DNA of 64,000 nt from Octopus vulgaris (lineage: Eukaryota), in NCBI GenBank assembly GCA_951406725.2, contig OX597818.1, positions 68,510,001-68,574,000 on the forward strand, in the 5' to 3' direction. Below are positions 40,900-53,540 of the stretch, piece after piece. Position 1 is the stretch's first letter. Each line of letters starts with the position of its first letter. The translations under genes were made by a program, and so were the position numbers. The notes under the pieces were generated by a model that worked only from the letters and a program-made list of their open reading frames with translations, had not been told where the DNA came from and searched no databases.

Positions 40900-42415
40900 T
40901 TTTTACCATCATCATTATTCTTATTCCAAGTATTAATGGTGTCCTAGATACAAGCCACAACCAATGTCCTTTGATATCGAGGACCTTTCTTATGATCCTT
41001 GCTGTTCCCAAAGGAGCAGTTATTCCATTGGGAACAGCAAGGATTGTAAGAACAGAGTAACTCAGAGTTGCTCCAATCTCAATAAGAGAACTACTAAGTC
41101 TGTTGGTGAAATACAACAGGGATTACTTTTGTAGAAACCATCCCAGTCTCTTCATAATTCCTGAGCCAATTCCTGGCTGTTGCCTATTTTCTCCGTTCTT
41201 TGGCCTCTACATTCATGTCTATAGATAAAGCCACATCTGTGATGAAGCATTCTTGTTTTCTTTTTCCAATGTTCAGAACCAAAATGTCTGGTTGCCTGGC
41301 ATGAATATCATTATCAGACTTTACATTAAAATCCTGAAGACCCTTATCTGGTCATTCTCTATTATACTTCCTGGTTGATGCTGGTACCATTTTCTTTCTA
41401 CTTCAAATCCTCTTGGCCATAATATGTCCCAGTGTAGTGCCTTGGCCCCACATTCGTGTCTGTATTTATATTCCTTCTGTGTCAGGGGACTACAGGAATT
41501 CCTCTTTCTCATTACATATTCTATTCTTGGCATTTTTTGCCGATTTGTCTATTTTGACTTTAATGATATTCATCTGCAGTGAATGGCATTGAGCAGACAT
41601 TATGAGTTCTTCCATTTCTTTCTTCAGGTTTCCATTCTTCAGCTATAACCAAGACTCCACTGCTGCAATGTCCTGTGTTTTTGTCTGAGATGCTGGTCAT
41701 GTAGTTCTTCTCCTCAGATGTTTCTTTCTCCTTCCTGTTTGCTTCTTGTCATCCATTGCAGTCTCTCCACAATTTCTTTCTCATCTCCTCTTCTGGCAGC
41801 AGAAATCAGTCTTTCTCAGTTGCTTCTCACAAACTCTTCTACGTCCCGTTTTGCCATCTCTACACATTTTCTTATTGATATCAGTCAATCCCATGCTCCT
41901 TCTGTGATAGGTAAAATCTACCAACACTGTCCCTGGGATGTAGTGACCTATACATGGCTTTCTCATTTCACAGATCATGTCTCTTAGTTCTTCCTTTGTC
42001 CAGTTCAGGAAAGCATCAGAATATCTTATTAGAGAGGCCACCCATGGCTTTACTGCAGAGATTCTTTTCCTGCCATTCAGCTTTGAATTTAGCAACTTTT
42101 TACACTCCTAAGATATTCCTTTCTCACTTTCTCTTTCATTTCTTGGCAGAGGATTCTATCTGTATCCAATATACCCAGGTACTTGCAACAGTCACCCTCA
42201 TTCAGTGCTCGGATTGATGTCAAATTTGGAAATGTAATATCTCCTGAATTGGATATTTTCCTTCTCTTTATCTCTAGCACCACACATTTGTCTATTCTGG
42301 TTGCCATGCCAATGTCATCACTCACAAATGAACCAGAGTCTGAACCAGTGAATCTAAGACTTTCTCACTTTTGGTAAATAATCTCAGGTCATCTATAAAA
42401 AGGAGGTGGTTTATT
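40900..42415 (-). mobile_element. R4/Dong-clade LINE, 5'-truncated (RT end, CCHC region, restriction-like endonuclease)
   Basis: NHLLFIDDLRLF...DDIGM...DKC...KYLGIL...KLNGRKRISAV...LIRYS...WTKEEL...YKYRHECGAKALHW...ARQPDILV...ITDVA...LGTARIIRKVLDI, with frameshifts. Short TAA-like tail. Confidence 0.85.
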
Positions 42416-42429
42416 GTCATAATAATAAT

Positions 42430-42860
42430 AATTAAATTTTTCTCTTTTTCTTTTAATTTGGATTTTATTAGAATTCTTAGAGTCTTGCATGCATAGCAGA
42501 TTTGATACTTGCAGTCTATTCTGTAACAGTTCTGCTGGGCACTCCATTCCAATTTCATTTATATTCCTCTTGATGCCTTTTGATACTGTCCCCAAGGATC
42601 CAACAATAATTGGCCCTACTTTCACTTTCATTTTCCATAGTCAGGCTGTCTCATATTTAAGAGGGTTGTATATGTCTATTTTTTTGCTTTCCTTCTTGCC
42701 TATTCAGGGTTCAAAAGATCAATAATAGAGCACACGTGATTCACCTTGTGCACCACCTCTAGATCTGGCTTGTTGTGGTCAAGCTCCTGGCCTGCTTTGA
42801 TTGAGAAATCTCATGGGAATTTGAAGCCTTTCACTACACCGCCCTTGCCAGTTTGTGCCC
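42430..42860 (-). mobile_element. R4/Dong-clade LINE 3' end (RLE domain)
   Basis: DHNKPDL...IID...KVKVGPIIVGSLGTVSKG...ELLQ is the restriction-like endonuclease C-terminus. Confidence 0.75.
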
Positions 42861-42869
42861 ATGCTACAT

Positions 42870-42930
<61 letters not shown>

Positions 42931-45385
42931 ACACAGGTTCCAATGCAGCACTTTCCCTACCTCATCATGGATCACGACTTACATTGGTCTTTTTGACAAT
43001 GATGAAGACGATGACGGTGATGTTGATGATATTGATGATGACAACGATAGTAGTAATAATGATGATGAGGAGGAGGTGGAGTAAGATGACGATGACAATG
43101 ACGATGATGATGATGGTGATGTGGATCATCATCATGATCATGCTGGTGATGTCAATGATCACCATCATCACCATCATTGCCATCATCATCATCGGCATCG
43201 TTGCCATCATCCCGATTATCCTCATCCTTTAACATTCAGGCTCCATGATCAATATGACTATCGTGAATGAAACCATGTTGACAGGATTTCAAGGTTAGCA
43301 GGAGAATCAATACCATTAATAGAACCAATTCCAGCTCCAACCCTGTCATCAAAAACATGAATTATTAAACTGTAGAACAAGCAAAAATTGGCAGAGGACG
43401 GTTGTCAGTAATCACAGAACACAATAACAATAAATTAAAGATAAATACATTAGATGAGTCTATTATTATTCCTGAAAGTAATATTTATCTTTAGAATTTG
43501 GTAACATACTATTAGCATATAATATTATTATGATAAAATATTATAAATAACAATTCTAAATTTAAATATTGATATAATTATTTAAAAAATAAATAAAATA
43601 TATAAATAAATATGATGTTTGGACCGGAAGAGATACAAGTAAATTTACATGATTATGGTGAATGAAATTAAGTCGTTTTGTTATTTAATCACTGTGATGC
43701 TTCTTGCTGACTCCATTCTCGGTTGCTTTCGGTAGATGTTGAATAAAGTATTTTCTCTCTTGATTTGGAAGCTTAAGTCTTAAACAAGGAATTCCAATCT
43801 GAGAAACCAGGTTTCGATTCATTCATCTGATCTGACCTGCAAGGAAAAAGAAAAACTGTACAGATTCAGGCAAGAATGTGTAGAGGTGTACATAGTTCTG
43901 GGTTTGTCCCTTGGCCGAGTGTCTTCTACTATAAGGATGAGCCAGCCCAAAGCCTTCAGAGTGGATTTGGTAAAGAGAACCTGAAAGTAGGATGTTATAT
44001 CTATATGTGTGTGTTTATGTTTTTGCTTGTGTTTCCCACCCACTCACCCAGACTGGTCTTGCTTTGTTTACATCCCTGTTACATAGTGGTTCTGCAAAAC
44101 AGACCAGATAGAATAAGCACTAGGCTCTAAAAAATACAAGTAATGAGGTTTAGTCATTCAACTAAAAATTCTTCAAGGTGGTGCCCCAGCATGGCCACAG
44201 TCTAATGACTGAGACAAATAAAAGATAAAAGAGGAAGATCTTGAAATATGCTTTTGGGACACTCTAATGTCTGGCAAAAGGCAGCTGAAGATGGTAATAA
44301 GTAGAGGCAGGTGTGCAGAAACGGTGCTGTTACTTTCCATGAAGGAAGTCCTGGGATTCACTAATCCAACTAAAATTCTCCAAGCTAGAGCTCCAGCATG
44401 GCCACAGTCTAATGACTGAGACAGAATAAACGATAGAATAATGAACAAGGCTTGAGATAACAAATCTGTACTCTTATTCTTGACTTAAGTTCATCCACAT
44501 CATCATCATCATCATCATCATCATCACCACCATCATCATCTCATGCCTGCTGCAGAGGTCCACTTTGCCATTCATCCTTTCAGGGTCCTTAAAATAAGTA
44601 CCAGTCAACCACGAGGGTTGAGGCAATCAACTTAGACCCTTCCCTGAAATTGCCGGCCTTGTGCCAAAAATTCAAATTATTATTATCTCAGGCCTGTATT
44701 TACTCACATGTTCTTTGTGTTATTTTTGAAGTCATCCAAATAACAAGGAGAATCCACTGATTGCCAAAATGGCAACTGATTCCTTCTTTTCCCCAACCAC
44801 ACAAACAGGATTCCACGTTATGTTCTCATTCTACTGTTGTGTTTTTCATTCTTTATTCCAAATCCAATATTGTGTACTTCAAAGCATTTCATTCTCTCTT
44901 TGGAGACTACAAGACTTTTAACCAATTTTCTGCCAATTCTATCTCCTTGGCTAGTTTTGGTGCAATATCTACTTACCATTTTAGGCAGCAAGCTGGCAGA
45001 AACATTAGCACACCAGGTGAAATTCTTAGTAGTATTTCGTCTGCCTTTATGTTCTGAGTTTAAACTCCACTGAGGTTGACTTTGCCTTTTGTCCTTTCGG
45101 GGGTCAATAAATTAAGTACCAGTTGCGTACTGAGGTCAATCTAATTGACTGCCCCCCCTCCCTAAAAATTTCAGGCCTTGTGCTTATAGTAGAAAAAGAT
45201 ATCTCCTTACCATTTTGTATTCTTCCACTATTCTGTGTAGAATTAGGGTTAGGCAGATTCTTCAGAAATATTTGCAAGAATGCTGTGTATTCTGAACTAT
45301 TTTCTCTTATTTCAGTCTTCTTTGTAATTCTTGATAATGGATGTCTTTGATCAAACAATTCTTTATTTTTTTTTTTATTTCACAG

Positions 45386-45437
45386 TTTAACTGGGAACAA
45401 ACCCTCTGATATCAGATGCAACCACGCCTGCCAGCAG
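45386..45437 (+). other. Candidate host exon (52 nt), product unknown
   Basis: Polypyrimidine tract and TTTCACAG acceptor, CAG|GTAAAG donor, non-repetitive higher-GC content. Confidence 0.35.
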
Positions 45438-46041
45438 GTAAAGATTATTAATGTTAGTGGCCGTGTGACAACCAATTTTAGAATAACTCTACGTTACATA
45501 TTCTTTAATTCTTACACAAAATTAATTAACTCCCTCATCACCCTGTAGCATATATTATGTAACTTTTTACAACTATTATAGAACAACACTTGGTAATGAA
45601 ACAGGTTAAATTAGTTTCAAATAATAAAAATAATAACAAAAATAATTGAAACAATACAAATAATAAAAATAGACTGACCAGAAAAACTTTTAAAGTAATT
45701 ATCTTCGTTGAAATGAACGAAATTTCATTATTTAGTAGCAAAATTGCTTGGTGTTTCTTATCTCATGACAACTTTAATCACGGCACCTGAAACTTAAAAA
45801 GAAAACACTGAGAATAATCATCGGCTGCAGTAAAAGACAGATATTTTATTGTGTCTGCGAGTTTCTTTTTCCTATTTTTCAAAATTTTCTTTCTTTCTTC
45901 CTAATTTTCAGTCTAATCCTTCTTGATTACTCTCCATTGCAGTTTTAATAATGAATGAAGGCAGTGAGTCTCGCAATAATTGTAGAGGAACAGATTAAAT
46001 GTCATATCATATTTATTTCTCTTATCTTTCTTTGTTCTCAG

Positions 46042-46145
46042 TTCAGCTCCTCGTGGTTTTGCAATTGCATTCCAGTCGCCCCAGGGTGGACAAAATCCAG
46101 GCCAACAGTATGGAGCTGTGGCTACACTTTTACTTGTCATATGAT
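46042..46145 (+). other. Candidate host exon, product unknown
   Basis: Long pyrimidine tract with tandem acceptors (TTCTCAG|TTCAG|). One frame reads APRGFAIAFQSPQGGQNPGQQYGAVATLLLVI*. Possible donor GTATGG at 46108. Confidence 0.3.
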
Positions 46146-46221
46146 GACAGATGACATTGCAAAGTGACATTTGCCAGCATGGGTAATATCAAGGAACTTG
46201 GTATGTCTTTTATCTTTGAAG

Positions 46222-46455
46222 ACAGCGAGCTGGCAGAAACCTTAGCACGCCGGGCGAAACGCTTAGCGATATTTCGTCTGCCGTTACGTTTTGAGTTCAA
46301 ATTCCATCGAGGTCGACTTTGCCTTTCATCCTTTCGGGGTTGATTAAATAAGTACCAGTTACGCACTAGGGTCGATATAATCGACTTAATCCGTTTGCCT
46401 ATCCTTGTTTGTCCTCTGTGTGTTTAGCCCCTTGTGGGTAGTAAAGAAATAGGTA
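46222..46455 (+). mobile_element. Family B SINE, full length
   Basis: Complete head (GCGAGCTGGCAGAAAC...GAGTTCAAATTCC), central domain and tail. CpGs mostly intact. Confidence 0.9.
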
Positions 46456-48657
46456 TATCTTTTATCTTCTCACTTTCACTTGTCTCAGTCATTTGACTGA
46501 GGCCATGCTGGGGCACTGTTTGAAGGGTTTTAAGCCTGGTGTTTATCCGATTGATCTCTTTTACAGAAAAAAAAAGTTATGTGGATGTAAACAAACTAAC
46601 ACCAGTTGGCAAGTAGTGTTGGGAGATAAATAAATATACAATGATACACTCCCACACACACACACACACAGATATATACATTTGCATATCTGTGATAGGA
46701 TTCTTTCAGTTTCTATTTCCCAAATCCACTCACAAAGCTTTGGTCAGCTTAAGGTTATAGCAGAAGATATTTGCCCAAGGTGCCACAAAGTGGAACTGAA
46801 CTTAGAACCATGAGCTTGGGAAGCAAGCTACTCACCACACAACCACACTTGTGCCTACAGGTACATACATACAATAATAATAATTCAGCTTTTATCAAAT
46901 TTCTCGATGCTAATCTAAAATCAAGAAATACAAATTTTCAAAATACAAACATTTGGCTTCAAATTCTTTTTTAACCCTTACAAACATTTAAACAAATTTA
47001 TTTTTCAAATTAAAATATAATGAAAAACTGGTGGGGTGGGAGAAGAATCACCATCTTGGAACTTCTTTTTAAGACTGCAACCATTGTTTAAAGATGAAAA
47101 CATCCTAGTTGGCTACCTTTTAGTGGAATACATTCTGCAAATGTTCCAGCATGAACTCCAACCTGAAGATCTCTCCTTCCCTTCACCCTAACACTCATTG
47201 AGCCCCTAATAAAGGAGTCAAGGTTCATTGCTTCTCTTCTCCTCGCTCAGTTATTAAAAAAAAAAACAACAGAAAATGCATTTGAACTTCAGATCTGTTC
47301 CATATGTATGCTGTTTCAATTCATCTGGACATAACTTGGAGATTGATGGATGAGCTACGGTAGATTAATTCATACTAGACACACTTCATGTGCATAAGAT
47401 CTTTAATGGTTCCTCAACCACCCAATGGATTTATGAAAGTCATCATAATCACCACTTCAATATGCACCACTTGCGCTCCACACTTCAAACATGTCAAGCA
47501 TTAACAGCACTTACCATAACCTGGCTTATAAGAAATCTATAAATCGGATGAGAGTTAAATCTCATTGAAAATATAATTGCTTAGAAGTGATTGGCAACAG
47601 TAGATTATGATTTATTATCATATTTATAGATTAAAAGATGTTGATATCGATACGCTATTTGTTTGCCATGTTGAAAGCTAGTTGCTATTACCGTGTTGCT
47701 ATGTTAATACTTCCCAACCGAAATGAAAGGAAATACATCTAAAAAAAATCTGGTTATTCTGTGGAAACTGATATTGGAACTATCTAGAAAATATTTTATG
47801 CCTTAATTGAGACTGGCATTGTGTCAATTACAAAGAGATGGATATTCTTTTCGGAACGTATATATTTCTTCATTTATCATAAGAATATTATGTCTCATTT
47901 ACCAAATTTCCAATTTTAAATCTATTCCATCTATTAATAGTTTCTATCACTAATTTTATTGTATCAACTCAAAGTCTGCGATACAAATTACTCTTCGTTC
48001 CCTATTCAATCGCCCCCACCTTAAATCTGTATCCTTATGATTCCTCTCTGAGACTTCCTTCTACATACATTACCAGACATTCTGTATTTTGCAGTGGAAC
48101 CAACATCTCCGCTTATCTCTCTCTCATAATGATGTTATTCAGCCATCAGATTATACAGAAGCTATATTTCATGTGGATGTCATTTCTTTCGACTCATTTC
48201 AAGCCATCTTTATTCCCAAGCCACTTTTCTCTGGCATTTACTAATATTTATTTTTATAGACAACGAGAACGTAAGTTTGCCAAACATCTTTTGATATATT
48301 TATGGCATTCACAAGAGAAGAGGTGCATCGCTAGTCTCTTAGTAGCCAATGAGATTTTCTCTCTTCAGATGACCATTGTATACAGGGAATAGATAGCTGG
48401 CCTAATGTATTAACTCGGCCACATCAAAGAAAGTTGATTCATTCATTTGTATTACTTAAGGTTTGAACATTTAAAAGGTTTCATGGATTACATGTTAAAA
48501 TGTCATTTTATACAACAGAAAATTCCATATTCATTGCATATTCACAACCAAATATACTCTACATTATCTTAATGTTAAATGAAGATAATCATTTTAAACA
48601 ATGGTTAAGAATAACAACAGAACATTTATTGAGGAGATTCAATACTGAAAGTAAAAT

Positions 48658-48850
48658 TCTTCTTCTCCTTCTTATTGCTCTTCTTCTTCTTCTTCTTCTT
48701 CTTCTTCTTCTTCTTCTTCTTCTTCTTCTTCTTCTTCTTCTTCTTCTTCTTCTTCTTCTTCTTCTTCTTCTTCTTCTTCTTCTTCTTCTTCTTCTTCTTC
48801 TTCTTCTTCTACTACTACTACTACTACTACTACTGCTTATTATTATTATT
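48658..48850. repeat. Compound (CTT)n-(CTA)n-(TTA)n microsatellite
   Basis: Read directly; explains the poly-L and poly-F ORFs. Confidence 0.95.
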
Positions 48851-49240
48851 TATTGTCTTTTCACAGCTTCTAATGCTAGAGATGTACTATGGTGTAAGCT
48901 GTTCACTACCAGTTCACATCCAGCTTTTATTTCCACTGAGATCGACTTTGCCTTTCATCCTTTCGGGGTCGCTTAAATAAATACCAGTTAATCACTGGGG
49001 GTCGATATAATTGTCTGTCTCCATGTCTGTCCTTGTTTGTCCTTGTTTCTCCCCTCTATGTTTAGCCCCTATAGGCAATAAAGAAATGAATTATTCCCTT
49101 TGTCTGTCCTTGTTTCTCCCCTCTATGTTTAGCCCCCTGTGAGCAATAAAGAAATAAATTATTATTATTATTATTAATATTAAGGTAGTGAGCTGACAGA
49201 ATTGTTAGCACCCCAGGTGAAATGCTTAGGATTATTATTA

Positions 49241-49933
<693 letters not shown>

Positions 49934-50002
49934 TATCTGTTTCAACACACGATTTCACATAAAAAATATTGCAAAACAAATATATAAACGTTATTATTAT
50001 TA

Positions 50003-50257
50003 CTTTTTTATTCTTCTTTCAAATTTGCTTCCATTTCTTGCCGAGTGTCTTCCCGACTCCTAGGGCAAAGAAACTCATAGTATACATTGGTAGGCCATTA
50101 AACCAAACTCACTAGTTCGTTCATTTTTTTTTTTTTTTTAAGTTAAATTAAAATACATGAGCAGCAACAGTTCTCACATCGACAATGCTCTTCTCAATAC
50201 GTGTGATGTAGCAGTTAAGACAATCTTTTGCACTTCTTGCAGGGATGGTAAGCCAGG
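50003..50257 (-). mobile_element. Dong-like (R4 clade) LINE 3' end flanked by (TAA)n on both sides
   Basis: PGLPSLQEVQKIVLTATSHVLRRALSM* plus 3' UTR. (TAA)n at 49991-50002 and 50258-50362. Confidence 0.75.
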
Positions 50258-50282
50258 ATTATTATTATTATTATTATTATTA

Positions 50283-50337
<55 letters not shown>

Positions 50338-51630
50338 CATTATTACTATTATTATTATTATTAAGGCTGTGAAATGGCAGAATCATTAGCTGGCTTGGCA
50401 AAAATACTTACCAGCATCCTGTCAGTCCTTACATTCTGAGTTCAAATTCCACCAAAGCCCATTTTGTCTTTCATTCTTTTGGGGTCCATAAAGTAAAATA
50501 CCAGTTAGACACCGGAGTCGATGTAATCAACTTACCCCTCCTCTGAAGTTGCTGGCCTTGTGCCCAAATTCGAAATCCTTTTTATTAGCATTAAGTGAAG
50601 AGCAGCACTTGCCATCAAAGTGACACTGGGGTACAATTACAGGAAACCCCAATATGCCCATCATGGCTACCCGTCTGATAAGGGTACAACACATGCAATG
50701 AAAACCATATGTGCATGATATAGTGACCTTATATCAAGATAAACAGGGCATGACTTGCAAGTGGGGCCCAGTTAGAATTTTCTTCAAGTAGCCCATTCCA
50801 GTAAACGTTACTGAATAAGGGTTGCTTAACGATGATGAATGAAACACCCATATTTGCCTTTCATCCTTCTGAGATTGTTAAAATAATTACCAGCTGAGTA
50901 CTGGAGGCAGTAATTGACTTCAACTCTTCCCCCCCCACCTAGGTTTCACTGTCTATTTTTGCAGGGTGTTTATGTTTGGATGCCCTTCCTAACACCAACT
51001 GCCCTGCAGATATATACATAGATAATGATAAGCATCTTTTAGTTTCTGTCTACCAAATTCATTCTCAAGGGTTTTCTTAGCAGCCCTAAAATTATCATAG
51101 AAGTCAGTTGTTTGATGTGTCAAGAAGTGGATCTGAACCTGAAACCACATCATCATCGTTTATCGTCCGCTTTCCATGCTGGCATGGGTTGGACGGTTTG
51201 ACTGAGGGCTGGCAAACCAGATGGCTGCACCAGGCTCCAGTCTTGATCTGGCAGACTTTCTACCGTTGGATGCCATTCCTAACGCCAACCACTCCAAGAG
51301 TGTAGTGGGTGCTTTTACGTGCCACCAGCCTTGGGGCTAGTCAGGCAGTACTGGCAACGACCTCACTCGAATCTTTTTACACATGCCAACGGCACAGGTG
51401 TCAGTAAGGTGATGCTGGTAACGATCCCGCTCAAATGGTGCCTCTTACATGCCACCGGTGTGGAAGTCAGTTAGCCACTCTGGCAACAATCACGCTCGGA
51501 TGGTGCTCTTAGCACCCTTCTAGCACGGGTCACAAGTGCCAGTAAGTCGAAGCTGGTCATGTTTAGGAAATAAACTTCTTAACCACACAGTCATGCTTGC
51601 CCTATACAATATTATTACAATATATTATAC

Positions 51631-51695
51631 TATAGGTGCTTGTGACTGAAGATGAGGCAAATAGCTCGAAACTGTGTCAGTTTCGCGATCCTATT
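51631..51695 (+). ncRNA. Type I hammerhead ribozyme, complete predicted fold
   Basis: Stem I ATAGG/CCTAT, internal loop, TTGTGA/TCGCGA; CTGAAGA (51646-52); bulged T; stem II GAG/CTC; GAAA (51668-71); stem III ACTG-TGT-CAGT; GUU triplet with predicted cleavage after 51682. Confidence 0.75.
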
Positions 51696-52396
51696 AGCTG
51701 CTAGGGGGTAGTAGGGTTCGCTCCCCCTGATAGTAATATATTGTCTATAAAGAGTGCAAAGTGTTGCAGCAATAACCAGCTGGCAGAGAATCTGCCTGGG
51801 GTTAAATTAGTTGTATCATTCTGATTGGATTAACTTAGTTGTAACATGACTGACTGGCTTCTGTGCAGGTGGCACGTAAAAAGCACCAACTGATTGTGGT
51901 CATTGCCAGCCCCACTCTGATTCCTGTGCTGGTGGCATGTAAAATGTTAGGAAACACTGCTAGATCAGACTGGAGCCTGGTGCAGCCACCTGGCTTCCTA
52001 GACCCCAATCAAACCGTCCAACCCATGCCAGCATGGAAAACGGACATTAAACGATGATGATGATGATGAATGTTTGATCTGATGACTGGATTTATTGTTT
52101 AGTATCTGTTACTACTCTGATCTCTTCTTGAGGTTTTATAACTTGCTATTTTGCTTGTTGCAAATCAGTGACCAATGGTCACTTTGCTTAAAATATATTG
52201 TTAGTGGAAGTGGATTCTGGCTAGCACACTACCATGCAGGTATTCGCAACTGAAGATGAACCAAATAGCTTGAAACTAGGGGTAGTATGAGTTTGCTCCC
52301 CCTGCTGGCAATATATCGTATATAAAGGGTTGCACTGATAACCAGCTGGTGGAGAATCTACCTGGGGTTAAACTAGTAGCAACAATCAACAACAAC
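51631..52396 (+). mobile_element. Two direct copies of a hammerhead-bearing structured unit (51631-51815 and 52236-52396) separated by a family C element and unique DNA
   Basis: Shared CTGAAGATGA..CAAATAGCT.GAAAC, AGGGG-TAGTA...GCTCCCCCTG, and ATAACCAGCTGG..GAGAATCT.CCTGGGGTTAAA. Copy 2 lacks 29 nt covering stem III and the cleavage site. Confidence 0.75.
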
Positions 52397-53355
52397 CACT
52401 TCGATGTGGCAACCAGTTTTGCTGTAGACTATATTTTACTATTTTACTGTATCAAAATACAGAACTGTAACTTTACAATGGATAAAAACAATTCGAAAAG
52501 TATAGACTGCCAGTAATATTATGAAAGTATTCCATATGGATGTTAAAGAAGTTTAATAGCCTCCTGCATTTACCAAAGTTACAAGAGGTTGGACTGTTTC
52601 TGCAAAGAAATGGCTTTGATCTTTTAGAATATGTGCTTCATGTCTGGATGCACCATTCCTAGCATGGAAGCTTCAATTGCAAAATATTAGATGTAGATTT
52701 GTTTCGGTTATGTAAACAGAGGAAAAATAGATTGCTATGTTCTGCAAAGACAAGGATAATATTTCTATCAAAGAATATATATATATATAATTCATGGTGA
52801 ACAGAAATGAGAATTCTAAGCAACCAACTACTAATTTTCCATAATTTTCTGCAGAGAATGGAAGATTGAAGCAATTTTCAAATTTACAAGCAGCAAGTTT
52901 GAAACAAATAATTTTTCTTAGCTTTTTTTTCTTTATTTTCTTGAAATCTGGTGGAACATAGAAAACATGAATGTAGTTTGCATTATATAATAACACTGAC
53001 ATGAAGAAATATTAAAATATGTCTTCACACTTTTGTTTAGTTAACACTAGAAAAACATTGTGAAAATTTACAACTGGAACTAAGAAAATATTCATATAAC
53101 CATTTATATTTCAGACAAAGAACTTTTAGAATTAGAAACATTCTTCAGTGATTTTGGTTTAAAGGTGATTCCCAAAGTTTCCAGGTTTCTACAATTCAGT
53201 CGTTGATTCTACATACTCTGTTCAATTCAACTTTAAGTGGATCTCATAATGGAATGGACATTAGAAAGAACCATATGGAAGTAGAAACATTCAAGATGTA
53301 ATCTTTAAGTAGAAATTTACTCTCAGAAATGTCAAGACATGAAATATTCTGCTCT

Positions 53356-53540
53356 TTAACCATTCTGACTCTTTCTGACTCTTTCAAATGTGATCCTCTT
53401 ATTTATTCATACAATTCTGAATTCATTATGTTTTATCTTGAAGGGTCAAGATTTCAAGGCTGCAACGGTCTGTGTTTAGAATGACATTGTAGAGTAAGTC
53501 CAAGAGGCCAAATCAAGCCGGTTTAACTGCTAAAGGGTTA
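53356..53540. mobile_element. Possible TTAA-type MITE remnant
   Basis: TTAACC at left and TGCTAAAGGGTTA at right. Left terminus is degenerate. Confidence 0.35.

Noticed and set aside
42960-43230. Acidic or Met/Ile-rich ORFs
   Set aside because: Degenerate (GAT)n/(CAT)n repeat.
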